DNA of 64,000 bases from Nymphaea colorata (GCF_008831285.2 NC_045138.2:17422001-17486000), one strand, 5' to 3'. Positions 24,985 to 38,945 are shown, numbered from the stretch's first letter. Notes: generated from the sequence alone by a model not told the origin. Made by a program: numbers and translations.

Positions 24985-25707
24985 ATGGCGTCTGAAGATT
25001 CGAAAGCATCGCAGGAAACGACGTCTGAAAATTCGATGGGGACTATAGCGTTTGAAGATTCAAGAGCAGTACTGGAAACGTCGTCTGAAGATTCGAAAGC
25101 ACCACAGGGAACGACGTCTGAAAATTCGATGGGGACTATAGCATTTGAAGCTTCGAGAGCAGTACCGGAAACGTCGTCTGAAGATTCGGGGGAGTCTGTG
25201 GCGTTTGAAGCAGTACAGGAAACGGCGTCTGTAGATTCTAGAGCAGTCCTGGAAATGCTAAATGATGAACTTCAAGAACAGACAGAATTCGTATTGGGGC
25301 CATTAAAGGAATCTGTACTTAGCTTTCACATTAACCATTTTCTTTTTCCTTGCATTACATTTGATTTATTGTTATGTATTAATGTTTTTCCTTGTTTCTA
25401 GCCAACCATCGTTGGCATCACAGAAGAAAGAGAAGTCATCGTAAGCATATGGGACAACGATGAGCTGGAGACGTGCATTATCATACAACGTTATGACCCG
25501 TATGTATTATGGATTATTGTTTTTTCTATATGAACATTGATGGATTTCTGTTTTCTATATGATCACTGGCTTTTATCTGTCAATTCTTTTCACGTTTGAT
25601 CTTGTTCTGTTAGGTCTTGGAATTTTTGCATGCGGATTCCTGCAAACCAAGAAGATCTTAAACAAAGGGCCGAAGCAGCTGGTTTTAAGGTAGAGGTGGT
25701 GCCCTAG
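24985..25707 (+). CDS. Small uncharacterised 3-exon protein, family copy 2 (173 aa, Ser/Glu/Thr-rich repeated N-terminus). Exons 24985-25314, 25402-25499, 25614-25707
   Basis: TATATAAA at ~24915. Canonical GT-AG introns of 87 and 114 nt give a 522-nt open frame ending PSWNFCMRIPANQEDLKQRAEAAGFKVEVVP*. Homologous to copy 1. Confidence 0.75.
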
Positions 25708-26310
25708 AAGAAACGTGAATGACGCTTTCATCATTTTCTTCAGTTCAGTTAAGTTCAGGGAATAATGAAGACCAGCCTATCTTTGCACTCTTGAAAGAAT
25801 AAACCAGTTACTGCAGTCTGCTGTAGTGCTGTTCTGTTTCCTTTACGTGTTTTTCTAGGTACTGTCCTTTAATTGTTCACGTGTGACTCAGTATAATATA
25901 TATCTTAGTCAAATTGCGCCATTTTTTTTTCTTTTGCTAGTTCTTCACCTCTTAGATTAGTTCTTAATTTTTCTTTTCTTAGATCGGTCATACTGAATCC
26001 ATATTTGACAATTTGAAAAAATAACATTCGTTGAGTTTGTGTTTACATGAAAATATGTAAATTAAGAATCCGAAGATGGGTATCAGTTGGATGTCATTTT
26101 GGATACCAGATCCGGATAAATAGATATAGATCCATTTCATATGATCTAAATGTGGATCTGGATGTATGATTCCACGAGCCTCCTTGGAATGTCGAAGCCG
26201 CAAGGAGCAATGGATTCCATCTCTCTATCGTGGTAGTATTGAAGAATGTTGAGTTTGAACCGGTTCTTCTTCTCTCCCCCTTCCCTCTTCCCCCCATCCC
26301 AATCTCCACC

Positions 26311-26383
<73 letters not shown>

Positions 26384-28351
26384 GTGCATGATCAGCGTAT
26401 GTTCATGGGCATAACAGTAGGATTTGGGTCGTAGATCCACAGATCTTTATGTATTTTTAGATTTAAATTTAGTTTGGCCCTACCCAGATCCAAAGGTTGG
26501 ACTGCTCTGGCTCCGCCACTAATTAACTCTTCTAAAAATATCTACCGATCTCTGTAATGAAGATACTCATATTGATTCTTTTTTTTAACTGCTTTGACTC
26601 GATTTAATCAGATTTTGTATACTCATCAAACTCCAATGGATATTCTGGCACAACAACATGCACCATTCATGAATAATTGGGCCTGAGTTGAAGATTGTTC
26701 TGGCATTACATATGCTTACGATGAACCTAAATCTGATTAGAGTCTAATTCATCTTTGTTTATTCTTCTCTGCTAAAACAGAAAAATATTTTATATTTTAT
26801 ATTGTTCTCAAAATAGGAAAATTCTACTGATAATCATCCCAAGTACGTGGTGAAAATCACAAGTTCTTGCGAAAAAATTAGTATCTATTGTTTGTCATGT
26901 AGACATCTCCATTGCCGCCTGCCGCTATTGATCTATATTGGTGAAAATTGTCAAAAGTATTTATTGTACACCACTCGAATGAAAGGCCAAAGTTTTCTTC
27001 CTTTATAGTTCCTTTTAGATCTAAAATTGTTTCTGCACCTAGGTTATCTTACAATATACCTTTCAATTCGAGTTTTGCATATGTCATTGGTTTGCATTCC
27101 AAAAGCATAGTACTCAAGAAAATCAAATTGAAGACGCATCAACATCTCGCCACTCAAGACAGCCAGCAATGCTACGCCCCTTAGAGTGGGAAATATAGAC
27201 GGAATGTGGTTGGTTTCTAGTCTTAAACCTCCAGCCCACCCTGCTGATGCTAGACCAGTGAGATCAATTAAAAGGACCAAATGTCCGAATGGTGTAGTGT
27301 AGCTGGTTTGTGACTTCCAATTTGACAACTTAAACTATATTAATGTTGACCACATCATTAATGATGTCATAATAATCCGTGAGTCCAAAATTGGGCCGAA
27401 AATTGAGCCCCGAAAATACACTGTTTAAAAATAAAAATAATTACAACCCATTAAACAACAAAAAGAAAAGGAAAAAAAGTCTGAGGACAACACCATGATA
27501 GTCCAACTGTTTTGGGCTCAAACATGCGCTGGTTATATGAACAAGCCTGTGTACCATTATATTGTGCATAGGTCCATGTGTATGACATACACTTTAGGAG
27601 TGGCCCAAGAACCCAATGAAAGTAAGTCAGGAGCACAATTTGTCGTGCATTAAGCGCTGTGCACCGTGCACGATGGCGTACATGTAGATGTCTCGCTTCA
27701 AAGATGTGCCACATATGGTAGACGATGATCAGACGCCAGCTAGTGGTGCTCCAATGACAGATTCCGGACCAACCAGCAACTAAGACACTCTCTTGATGCA
27801 ACATCTGCTAAGAGGAATCTTTCATCTTCAAATTCTCGAACTGTTACACCACACAGTGACCTGCTCCATCAGTAACAACCATTATTTGAGAAGCAAAATA
27901 TACAGTAATTTGCACGAGTACTGGATACAAATATCTAAATGCGTCACCAAATTACATAAACTTCGAACGAGGTTATTACTATATCTACAAACACAGAGTT
28001 TAAGCAAAGTTAAAAGCAATCTGTCAGCATGCTGAATCTACACAATTGAAAGATCATAGATTGCAGCTAGAATAAATCTTCAGATGGCAACCGCATCTAA
28101 AATGGAGGGTTGTAGAAGAAGAAATAACTAAGAACATGCTAAGTAATTAAATTATAATGACAAAGGAGCCAAAATTTATGCTAAGGTTCCATTCTCCAAA
28201 ATAAAATCGAGTATTATGTAAGAAGCAGTAAGGCAACCATAACAGTTTTGGCTTTTATGATCATGTAAGGCCTTGTCATCATCACACATCTCGAAGCATA
28301 CAAATGTATGACTGCTTACTCCATGAATAAAAAGGAAGTTTAATTGACTAC

Positions 28352-31234
28352 CTAGACAATGGAGCAGTTATACATGCCGCAGAGCTGGAGAAGCGCCGCC
28401 TGATTGGCTGAATCCAGTGACCCTTGAATAATTGCTGGATATTTTCCTGGTGAAAGAGTTGAAAGCCTTGCCAAACTTGTTATTACGTATTCCTTTGGAT
28501 CCTTAATGGCCTCTACAGGGTCCTCTTTTTTCTTCCAAATTGCAGTGTAGCCAACAGCTTCACATATATCTGAAACTCCTGGCTCATCATCCACTCTTTC
28601 TTGCTCTGATCGTGACAGCAATGTAACAATGCTGTCAAGCAATTTTCCCCACAAAATCAGCACGGGTGGTGAATCCTGCAACAGACTAGAAGATTCACAC
28701 AACAGTCCAGTTGAGGCAACCAGGCATAGTTTAACCTCTACAGAACCTGTGATTAATTTCAGATGTGGAATCCAAAGTTGTTCTAAAATCACCCCAAAAA
28801 GATTCTCCTGAACTGCATTTATGGTGTTGACTAGAGTCGAATGCCCATGTTTCACCAGGAACAGAGACATGAATACGAGCAGGGATTTTATGAATCTTGT
28901 GGTCCTCTGTTTGTGCAAGCGCGTAAACAGGGCATTCCAAATGTGAAGAACATACGGAGACATGACATCGTAGCTCAGGTTTTCAATCACCGTATTCACA
29001 ACATAGAAACCAGACTCATCCGTGAGAGCAGAACCGATAAGCGTCTGGAATATACCAAGAACCTCACTTAGCCGCTGTTTCAACTCCATGGGAGCCTTTT
29101 CAAGGTACGCCTGCAGCAGCCTCACCAATGCAGGAACGTTCTCCTCTCTCAACCACAATCCTGGAGAAAGAAGAGCGTCAAAAAGCTGCATATAGGTTGC
29201 TGGTAGAGGTGGCCTGTTCATGTCCATCGCCTGACCAAAAATTTGAAGCGCATAAGGCAGAAATTCGATAATGTCTTCAACCAATATCTTCTGAAGCATA
29301 TCGAACAGGCTTGGTTCTAAAGTTTTTATCAGCGAAGGGTCCTTCTCGCAAGTTCGCCTCACCAACTCAACTATCGATTCAAACAGGTAACGGTTAAAGG
29401 TTGGATTCTTCGAATTCTTGCAGACCTCATAGACTCTAGTCTTCAGACCGGCAATGCAGGCTGCAGCAAAGTCTGCATTAAACTCTGCGACAAGAAAAAC
29501 ACGCCATATGCATTTCATGGCATACTGATTCTCCTCGGATCCCGGCAATTCAAACACGTGATACAGGTTGGTCATCAAGGGAATCAAGAAAGGAGATATA
29601 TCAGAAGCAGTGTATCGTTCCCTTCCGTCATCTTTGACGAGCAAAAGCTTCTCTATGCAATTGGCAGCATATGAGTGAACCACATTGGATTCGGCAGTCA
29701 AAAACCTAACAGCATGGGGAACGAGCTCGAGCGCCAGATTTTTTGGTATTCTACTGCGGAAGGTAGTGAGGAACTTCAATGCATCGGCCTTCAGCATCGG
29801 CTGCGAGTTCACGTCTGCGCACTTCAGCTCGGGATCGATTACCGCCTTAAAGAAGCTCCACACGTCCACCAGTTCGTTGCGGGGGTGTGAGAAGTAGACC
29901 ACCAAGAATATAGCACAGTCCTTATCTTTCCAATTCTCCGTCGGGTTTGCAGCATACTTCTCCATCATGCTCTGCATCTCTGCAGACAACAAAGCCCTTA
30001 CCTGCTCACGGTACTTCCTCAACAACCCTCTTACAAGGTCGCACGCTATCCTCCTTCTTGTATCCACGTCGCTCCCTTCGATGTCTCTCCTTATGTATTC
30101 AACGTAATCCATCTCGAACGACTCCTCATCGTCCTCACGAACCCGGACATTGGGGATCACAATGCTCTGACATATCAGCCGAAGAGTATCGGGGCTTGCA
30201 AACAAAGAATGGTCGACACTGGTGCTAATGGTGGTCAAGAACTTAATGGCGGCAACTGTGAGCCTGTCGCGATTAGGCATCGCCGAGACGGAGACCAACA
30301 AACTCCCCACAGCGGAAGCAAATCCCGAGAGAAACGGGCGGAATTTTTCTTCATTGTTATTCATGTAAAGGTTGATATTCGTACAGACGGCCTTCCGGAG
30401 CTTGTCCGCAACCTCACGGCCGCCGCCAGACTCGTCATTGTCGAGCAGGGGATAGGCCGTAGTAAGGTACTTCTGGAATTCGCCCATCCACTCCTTCATG
30501 TGATCCTCAAAGAATTGCGGAAGCTCGTGGGAGTTGAGAGAGAAGAATATGCGGCAACAAAAAAGCTGGCTCTCGAACCACCGGCGGAAGAGAAGGGCGT
30601 CTCCGCCGCCGCCCCCGGCAACAGCGGCGTCAATTAGGCGTCCGGTCTGGAGGAAGAGTTCGAGAAGCGGTGCGGCAAACCCGTCGACACAGTACTTGAG
30701 GTCGAGGAGGAGGTCATTGGTATAGTGCTTGGTTCGGAACTTCTTAAAGATTGAGTGAGTGGTGGCCAGGGCGCCGTTGACGGCGGAGTAGTCCAAGGAA
30801 GCGGCGCCCGAGCGGACGCTGGCCACGAGCTCAGGAAGAAGGCCCGGCCAAGCCTTTGGGAAGTCGTACTCGCCGATGACGGCGAGGGACTTGCTCAGCT
30901 GGCCCTGAATGGAGGGCTGAGACGATAGCATAATGCGGACGGTCAGGGTCCTGATCTGCTCCTTCTCGGCATCGGCGATAGCGGAGGTTGCCAAGTCCGG
31001 GGACGGCGACCACCGGGACCGGAGGTGGTTCTTGAAGGCGACGGACGCCGCGAGGCGGGCCTGGTCAGGGGCGGAGGCGGAGCATAGGAGGCGGAGAACG
31101 GCGAGTGCGTACCCGGGCCTTTCGGCCGCCGAGGCGAGGTACTCCTCCGCCTGCCGCCTGGGCTGGCGGTCCGGCGAGAAGGTTTGGAGGAAGCACCGGG
31201 TGAGAATTTCTAGCGTTTCTGGAGAGGCATCCAT
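28352..31234 (-). CDS. CSE1: Exportin-2 / importin-alpha re-exporter (CSE1/CAS), 960 aa, single exon
   Basis: Importin-beta N-terminal domain (RLAASVAFKNHLRSRW) and the Cse1 motifs DFPKAWPGLLPEL, FFEDHMKEWMGEF, EYIRRDIEGSDVDTRRR, VVHSYAANCIEK. Confidence 0.96.
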   Translation of the reverse strand: MDASPETLEILTRCFLQTFSPDRQPRRQAEEYLASAAERPGYALAVLRLLCSASAPDQARLAASVAFKNHLRSRWSPSPDLATSAIADAEKEQIRTLTVRIMLSSQPSIQGQLSKSLAVIGEYDFPKAWPGLLPELVASVRSGAASLDYSAVNGALATTHSIFKKFRTKHYTNDLLLDLKYCVDGFAAPLLELFLQTGRLIDAAVAGGGGGDALLFRRWFESQLFCCRIFFSLNSHELPQFFEDHMKEWMGEFQKYLTTAYPLLDNDESGGGREVADKLRKAVCTNINLYMNNNEEKFRPFLSGFASAVGSLLVSVSAMPNRDRLTVAAIKFLTTISTSVDHSLFASPDTLRLICQSIVIPNVRVREDDEESFEMDYVEYIRRDIEGSDVDTRRRIACDLVRGLLRKYREQVRALLSAEMQSMMEKYAANPTENWKDKDCAIFLVVYFSHPRNELVDVWSFFKAVIDPELKCADVNSQPMLKADALKFLTTFRSRIPKNLALELVPHAVRFLTAESNVVHSYAANCIEKLLLVKDDGRERYTASDISPFLIPLMTNLYHVFELPGSEENQYAMKCIWRVFLVAEFNADFAAACIAGLKTRVYEVCKNSKNPTFNRYLFESIVELVRRTCEKDPSLIKTLEPSLFDMLQKILVEDIIEFLPYALQIFGQAMDMNRPPLPATYMQLFDALLSPGLWLREENVPALVRLLQAYLEKAPMELKQRLSEVLGIFQTLIGSALTDESGFYVVNTVIENLSYDVMSPYVLHIWNALFTRLHKQRTTRFIKSLLVFMSLFLVKHGHSTLVNTINAVQENLFGVILEQLWIPHLKLITGSVEVKLCLVASTGLLCESSSLLQDSPPVLILWGKLLDSIVTLLSRSEQERVDDEPGVSDICEAVGYTAIWKKKEDPVEAIKDPKEYVITSLARLSTLSPGKYPAIIQGSLDSANQAALLQLCGMYNCSIV

Positions 31235-31744
31235 CTAGCCGACGATCGGAGAGAGCGCGAGACACAGACGTCCTACCGTCGGCAATGCAACGGCGAACTC
31301 CTTGCATCCGGCGAGCACACAGAAAAACTGCCCTGTTTGAATGGAGGGAAATGAAAGGACACTAACGTAACCTTTGGCAATGAAAGGATACCGACGTAAT
31401 GTTTGGCAAGGCAATCTTGGAACAACCTGAAATGGGATTTGTATCTCCATTCTACAAAAAAGTTGTGTTTGGTTGATAAAGATCTTAATTCCACGGATTT
31501 TGTTCCAATTTTCTTTGATCTCTTATAAAGAATAATGATCGTTTGGTTTGTAAAGATCTTAATGCTAGGGATTTTATTCCAATTTTTGTTGATCTTTCGA
31601 AGAAAAAGTAATGGCCCTGGGAAAAAAAAATGGAGACGTAAGAATTCTCACTTATATCAACCTTATTTATAAGTAGTGATAAATAATGGGTAGCTTTCGG
31701 GGTGTCTCTATGACTTGTTTATGATACCCGGAATTTATTTCCCG

Positions 31745-33933
<2,189 letters not shown>

Positions 33934-34643
33934 TAGTACTAAAAAATAAGTTATTTTATAAAAAAATATAAAAAATACAGGAAAATGAAATGCCGTTTAA
34001 AAATTAAAAAAAACATGTCGCTTGAAAAAACATGAAAAAAGAAAAAAAATGCATTTTTAAGTTTTAACGCATTTTTTGTGTTTTTTTCACTTTTTAATGG
34101 CAAACAGTTTATTTTTTATTTGTTGCAAATGTACTCATATTATTTACTTGCTTATTTTATTTTTTATTATATATAGTTTTTTTATTTTAAAAAAATACAT
34201 TCTTTTTGTTTTTTCTCATATATTTTTCAAGTCAAACATATTATACCAAAGAAAAACCCAAATATATTATACGAAAGAAAAACGTTGCCGTTAAAATTCT
34301 GAGATGTTATCTATGACTATATATATATATATCAAATGTGTCGAACCATGGCAGTAAGAAAAGTATATTAGTAAACACATGAAAAATGCATGCACTTTGA
34401 AATAGCATAAATGAGTTGCTTACTAGCTTCAATATATAGCTTCAATATAGAAGAACAAAAAATTGCATCGAACTCCAACATCCATTTATAACCTTGTTCA
34501 CATGGCTTCATGAGAAGGTTGAAAAAGAAGAAGAAAAAAAAACCCACTCCAACATTCCTACAGAACATTATGTAAAGGGAGAGGCAGACCAAGGAAGGAA
34601 TATCAATCCCCGAGAGAGCGAGATCGAAAGGGAGAAAGAGGTT

Positions 34644-35043
34644 ATGGCGCATGGAGTAGTGAAACCACATTGGAGAGCAATGGATGCAATCAGCAAATAT
34701 TATCAGTTCCAGAAAGACAAGACGAAGAGAAGGCTTGAAAGCGCACTCATTTTCATCTTCACCATTTTCCTTTTCTTCCATTTCATTTTGTTCATCATTG
34801 AGTATACTGTAATGTTTTTTGTTTTGAACTCAACCATCTTTGCGGAAGCAAAAAATGGAGAACACTTGATAAAGGTATCGGACAACGATCAGCTACAGAT
34901 ATGCGTGAGAATCCGTATGCTTTTATTTTTTTCTTACTAGTTTTCTTAGGGATTTGGTATTTCGTTTGTGGATTCCTGCAAAGCTACAAGTTCTTAAACG
35001 AAGGGCTGAAGCAGCTGGTTTTAAAGTAGAGGTGGAGACTTAG
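34644..35043 (+). pseudogene. Small-gene family copy 3: degenerate; could instead express an unspliced 98-aa ORF (34644-34940)
   Basis: Intron-1 equivalent has GC...AC ends (34743-34829) and reads through in frame. Exon-2 equivalent is 85 nt vs 98 nt (frameshift). Intron 2 is shrunk to 35 nt. Last exon ..LKRRAEAAGFKVEVET* is recognisable. TATA is degraded (tatgtaaa). Confidence 0.65.
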
Positions 35044-35948
35044 AAGAAATTTTAATGACGCTTTCTTCATTTTCTTAAGTTCAGTTCATGGTTTTCATGT
35101 ACTACTGAAGACCAGACTATCTTTGCACTCTTGTATGCATATTTTACAACCTGTTTATATGGTTTTCCAGGAGTATGCTTTAGTGGCTCAAGCATGACTC
35201 ACTATAATAATATCTGAGTCATATTATGCCATTCAATATTTTTCTCTGCTAGTTCTTCACCTCTTAAGTTAGTTCTTAATTTTTATTGCCTTATATTAGA
35301 GTCATACTGAATCCATGTATGAAATTTTGAAAAAAACAACCATTCCATGAGCCCGCGTTTACATGAAAATAGGTAAACAATCCGAATGCGAGTATGAATT
35401 GGATGTGCTTTTGAATGCTAGATCCAGATAAATAGATCTGGATCATTTTCATGTGATCCAGAAGCGGATCTTGTTAGGGAAGAGTCTCCCTGGAATGTCG
35501 AAGGCAGAACTCAAACGGTTCTGCCTTAACCAATGGTGCAAATTAATAAGTTGATCCCAGGGAAATTAATTTCACAAAAAAATGGTGCAAATTAATTAAT
35601 TTGATTTGCCGGCCGATTCAAGAGTGGCGCTTGTCATTCATTATTCTTTTTTTTTTAACGTTTCTAAAGTTTTCTTCGTTTAAATTTTTTTTTATATTCT
35701 TTCTTTTATTTCTAAAAAACTTTTATTGCTGATTTTTATGTAGCGTTTGATGGGCTGCTGTTGCGGGTCAGAAAAAAAATTTCAATTTTTTTTTATTTTT
35801 CTTGTTTATGGAGAATTTTTTTTTTTACCCTTAAAACTGAAAACAAAAATATACGTTCGAAAAACTTTTTCCATGGAGATGGATGCAAAAATTTTTCAAA
35901 AATTTCTTTTTTTACCGTTATCCCTCGCGACGAGCCGAAGACAGACGC

Positions 35949-36485
35949 AATTGCTTTCCACTTCAACAACCACTTGAAAAAATGAACCACTCAACCAAAC
36001 AAAATGGAAACCCCGAAAAGAAAGAAGACTGTCTGATAAACAGACAGGTAGTAGAAACCTACTTACTCGTTGATGAGGATGCCAAAGTTGGAACGATACC
36101 CTCCTCCTTCATCGAACAATCCACATGTTCGACGGCAAAAAACCTTGAAAGAAAATGCATAGAGAAGCAATCCGTAATACCAAAATAAGCAAGAGTTGCT
36201 GCTAAGCAAGAAATTGGCCAACGTTCCGCTTCTCCTGCCGCTCAGCAGAAACCGAAGCTCCTCCTGCTGCTCGGCAGAAACCGAAGGAAGAGAAGACCCA
36301 GAGGGAACCTCCAACGCTGGCGTCTCACCTGGTCGTTCAGCTCTCTCTTTGGCATCCTCATCAACGAGTAAGTAGGTTTCTACTAACTGTCTGTTTATCA
36401 GACAGTCTTCTTTCTTTTCGGGGTTTCCATTTTGTTTGGTTGAGTGGTTCATTCTTGTAAGTGGTTGTTGAAGTGGAAGGCAATT
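35949..36485. repeat. Near-perfect 139-bp inverted repeat (35949-36087 and 36347-36485) with a 260-bp spacer
   Basis: Both strands translate to the same peptide MNHSTKQNGNPEKKEDCLINRQ in the ORF track; direct reverse-complement match. Confidence 0.95.
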
Positions 36486-36929
36486 ATAATACTTTTTAGG
36501 AAAATGACTGCAGATTAAGTGCACTTCCAAATACACATATAATACTCACACAACACAACTTCATTAATATAGAAATTAGAAACTAACTCCAACATATCAA
36601 TTCACCAAAAAAAAAAAAAATTGGTCATGCTTGAAAAATACAGTTGCATTAATATGAAAGCTACCTACCTTCAACAAATGACTACTTATTTTGTTTTTTC
36701 TAATGTTTTAACACAAAGCAATGACTAGATATACTTTTCTTTTTAAGTGTAAGCAGCTTCACATGCTTGGTCAGTGTCAGTCACTTTTTCTCTTCTTTTA
36801 GGAGTACATCTATTGCTTTCTCAGGAATACAACTAAGACATTTGGAGCACTGAAGTCTTGTTTAGTTGCCTAAATGACAAGTCTTGCTTAAAATATAATT
36901 TCAATTAAAGGCCAAAGTTCTTGGCAGAA

Positions 36930-37394
36930 AGACTATGGCAACGAAAGCGGAAGCAAGGCAAAAAAACCGGTAGGTCCATGTTGATTAATTCTTGCATTTC
37001 CTTTGTTATCTTTCCACTACAGGCTTAACGACGCCCATAGTTGTTGGCAAAAAAAAGGCCAAACAAAGGAAAGAAGAAGGGAAAAGTGTACCAATATTCA
37101 CCGTTGAATTAAAATCGCTTGTGAATATTGTCGAAAGAAGAAGGGAAAAGTGTGCGGTAGTTTTTCAATGCTCCTTTTTGACAATATTCACAAGCGATTC
37201 TCATTCAACGTTGAATATTGGTACACTTTTTCCTTCTTTTCTTTGTTTGGCCTTTTTTACTGCCAGCAACTATGGGCGTAGTTAAGCCTGTAGTGGAAAG
37301 ATAACAAAGGAAATACAAGAATTAATCAACATGGACCTACCGTGGTAATTATTATTATTATTTTGCCTTGCTTCCGCTTTCGTTGCCATAGTCT
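36930..37394. repeat. 465-nt near-perfect fold-back with ~205-nt arms and a ~40-nt loop; MITE-like or hairpin-RNA precursor
   Basis: agactatggcaacgaaagcggaagcaaggcaaaa pairs with ttttgccttgcttccgctttcgttgccatagtct, and pairing continues inward to ~37135/37175. Confidence 0.9.
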
Positions 37395-37464
37395 CTCTTT
37401 GTCTCTTCTTCTAGGTTTATTCCTCCCTTTGTCTGCTCCCCCTTTACATAATGTTTATTAAGCA

Positions 37465-37869
37465 TGGGCAACAGGCCGGGTACTTGATGCATAGTTGGCT
37501 ATCTGACTCATGATGGACCGAGCTTGCGCTGGTTATTTGACACTTGGGCAACAGGCCGGGTACTTGATGCATAGTTGGGTACCTGACTCATGATGGACCG
37601 AGCTTGCGCTGGTTATTTGACACTTGGGCAACAGGCCGGGTACTTGATGCATAGTTGGGTACCTGACTCATGATGGACCGAGCTTGCGCTGGTTATTTGA
37701 CACTTGGGCAACAGGCCGGGTACTTGATGCATAGTTGGGTACTTGACTCATGATGGACCGAGCTTGCGCTGGTTATTTGACACTTGGGCAACAGGCCGGG
37801 TACTTGATGCATAGTTGGGTACTTGACTCATGATGGACCGAGCTTGCGCTGGTTATTTGACACTTGGGC
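37465..37869. repeat. Minisatellite, 5 x 80 bp, nearly identical units
   Basis: The unit starting tgggcaacaggccgggtacttgatgc recurs at 37465, 37545, 37625, 37705 and 37785. Confidence 0.97.
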
Positions 37870-38851
37870 TGGCCTGATTAAAGAAATTTGCCGAGCTAGG
37901 CTGGCTTCAATCAAATAATGGGGGCCCGACTCAAGCCAATGTGAGTTTTCCCGTTTTGTTTTCCTCTCTCAACGTCTGCATGGAACCAAGTTTATAAGTG
38001 AAGTTTGGACTTTGGGGCAGTTTTATTCAGTAATGAAGATAGCGAATAGCCCATTTTTTGTGTTTGCTAATGTACCGCCTTAGTGCCTGACAGTGACCAA
38101 GCAATAGATGTACACCAGACGCTTCCTCACTGCTCAGACTCGGTTCTTCTTGTTGAAAATCGATTAAGAATTAGCAATAAAAGTTTTTTAGAAACAAAAG
38201 AGAAAAATATAAAAAAGAAGTTAAAACGAGAAAAACTCTAGAAACGTTAAAAAAAATGAATAATGAATGACAAGTTGAATCGGCCGGCAAATCAAACTAA
38301 TTAATTTGCACCATTTTTTTTGGGAAATTAATTTCCCATGTGATCAGCTTATTAATTTGCACCATTGGTTTAAGGCAGAACCGTTTGAGTTCTGCCTTCG
38401 ACATTCCAGGGAGACTCTTCCCTAACAAGATCCGCTTCTGGATCACATGAAAATGATCCAGATCTATTTATCTGGATCTAGTATCCAAAAGCACATCCAA
38501 TTCGTACTCGCATTCGGATTGTTTACCTATTTTCCATGTAAACGCAGGCACATGGAATGGTTATTTTTTTCAAAATTTCATATATGGATTCAGTATGACT
38601 CTAATATAAGACAATAAAAATTAAGAACTAACTTAAGAGGTGAAGCACTAGCAGAGAAAAATATTGAATGGCATAATATGACTCAGATATTATTATAGTG
38701 AGTCATGCTTGAGCCATCATACTCCTGGAAAACCATATAAACAGGTTGTAAAATAAGCATACAAGAGTGCAAAGATAATCTGGTCTTCAGGAGTACATGA
38801 AAACCATGAACTGAACTTAAGAAAATGAAGAAAGCGTCATTAAAATTTCTT

Positions 38852-38945
38852 CTAAGTCTCCACCTCTACTTTAAAACCAGCTGCTTCAGCCCTTCGTTTA
38901 AGATCTTCTAGGTTTGCAGGAATGCGCAGGCAAAGCACCAAATTT
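38852..38945 (-). pseudogene. Small-gene family copy 4: isolated last exon, 5'-truncated, convergent with copy 3
   Basis: The cttag acceptor is followed by a 94-nt exon NLVLCLRIPANLEDLKRRAEAAGFKVEVET*. About 45 nt of intron-2-like sequence is retained. No upstream exons found. Confidence 0.75.

Larger units (their letters stand above)
35502..38399. mobile_element. Putative non-autonomous MULE/Pack-MULE-like element with ~235-bp TIRs
   Basis: Homology to the paralogous 3' flanks (ttggaatgtcgaag at ~22480 and ~26185) stops at ~35503. There aggcagaactcaaacggttctgcct begins, mirrored at 38373-38399. No transposase ORF or TSD. Confidence 0.5.

Noticed and set aside
25655..25700. LKQRAEAAGFK resembles glycolate oxidase LVRRAERAGFK
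   Set aside because: The similarity is limited to ~10 residues, with no following ALTVDTP motif or other FMN-barrel sequence.
37465..37869. CRISPR-like array
   Set aside because: Units are contiguous with no unique spacers, the context is eukaryotic, and there are no cas genes.
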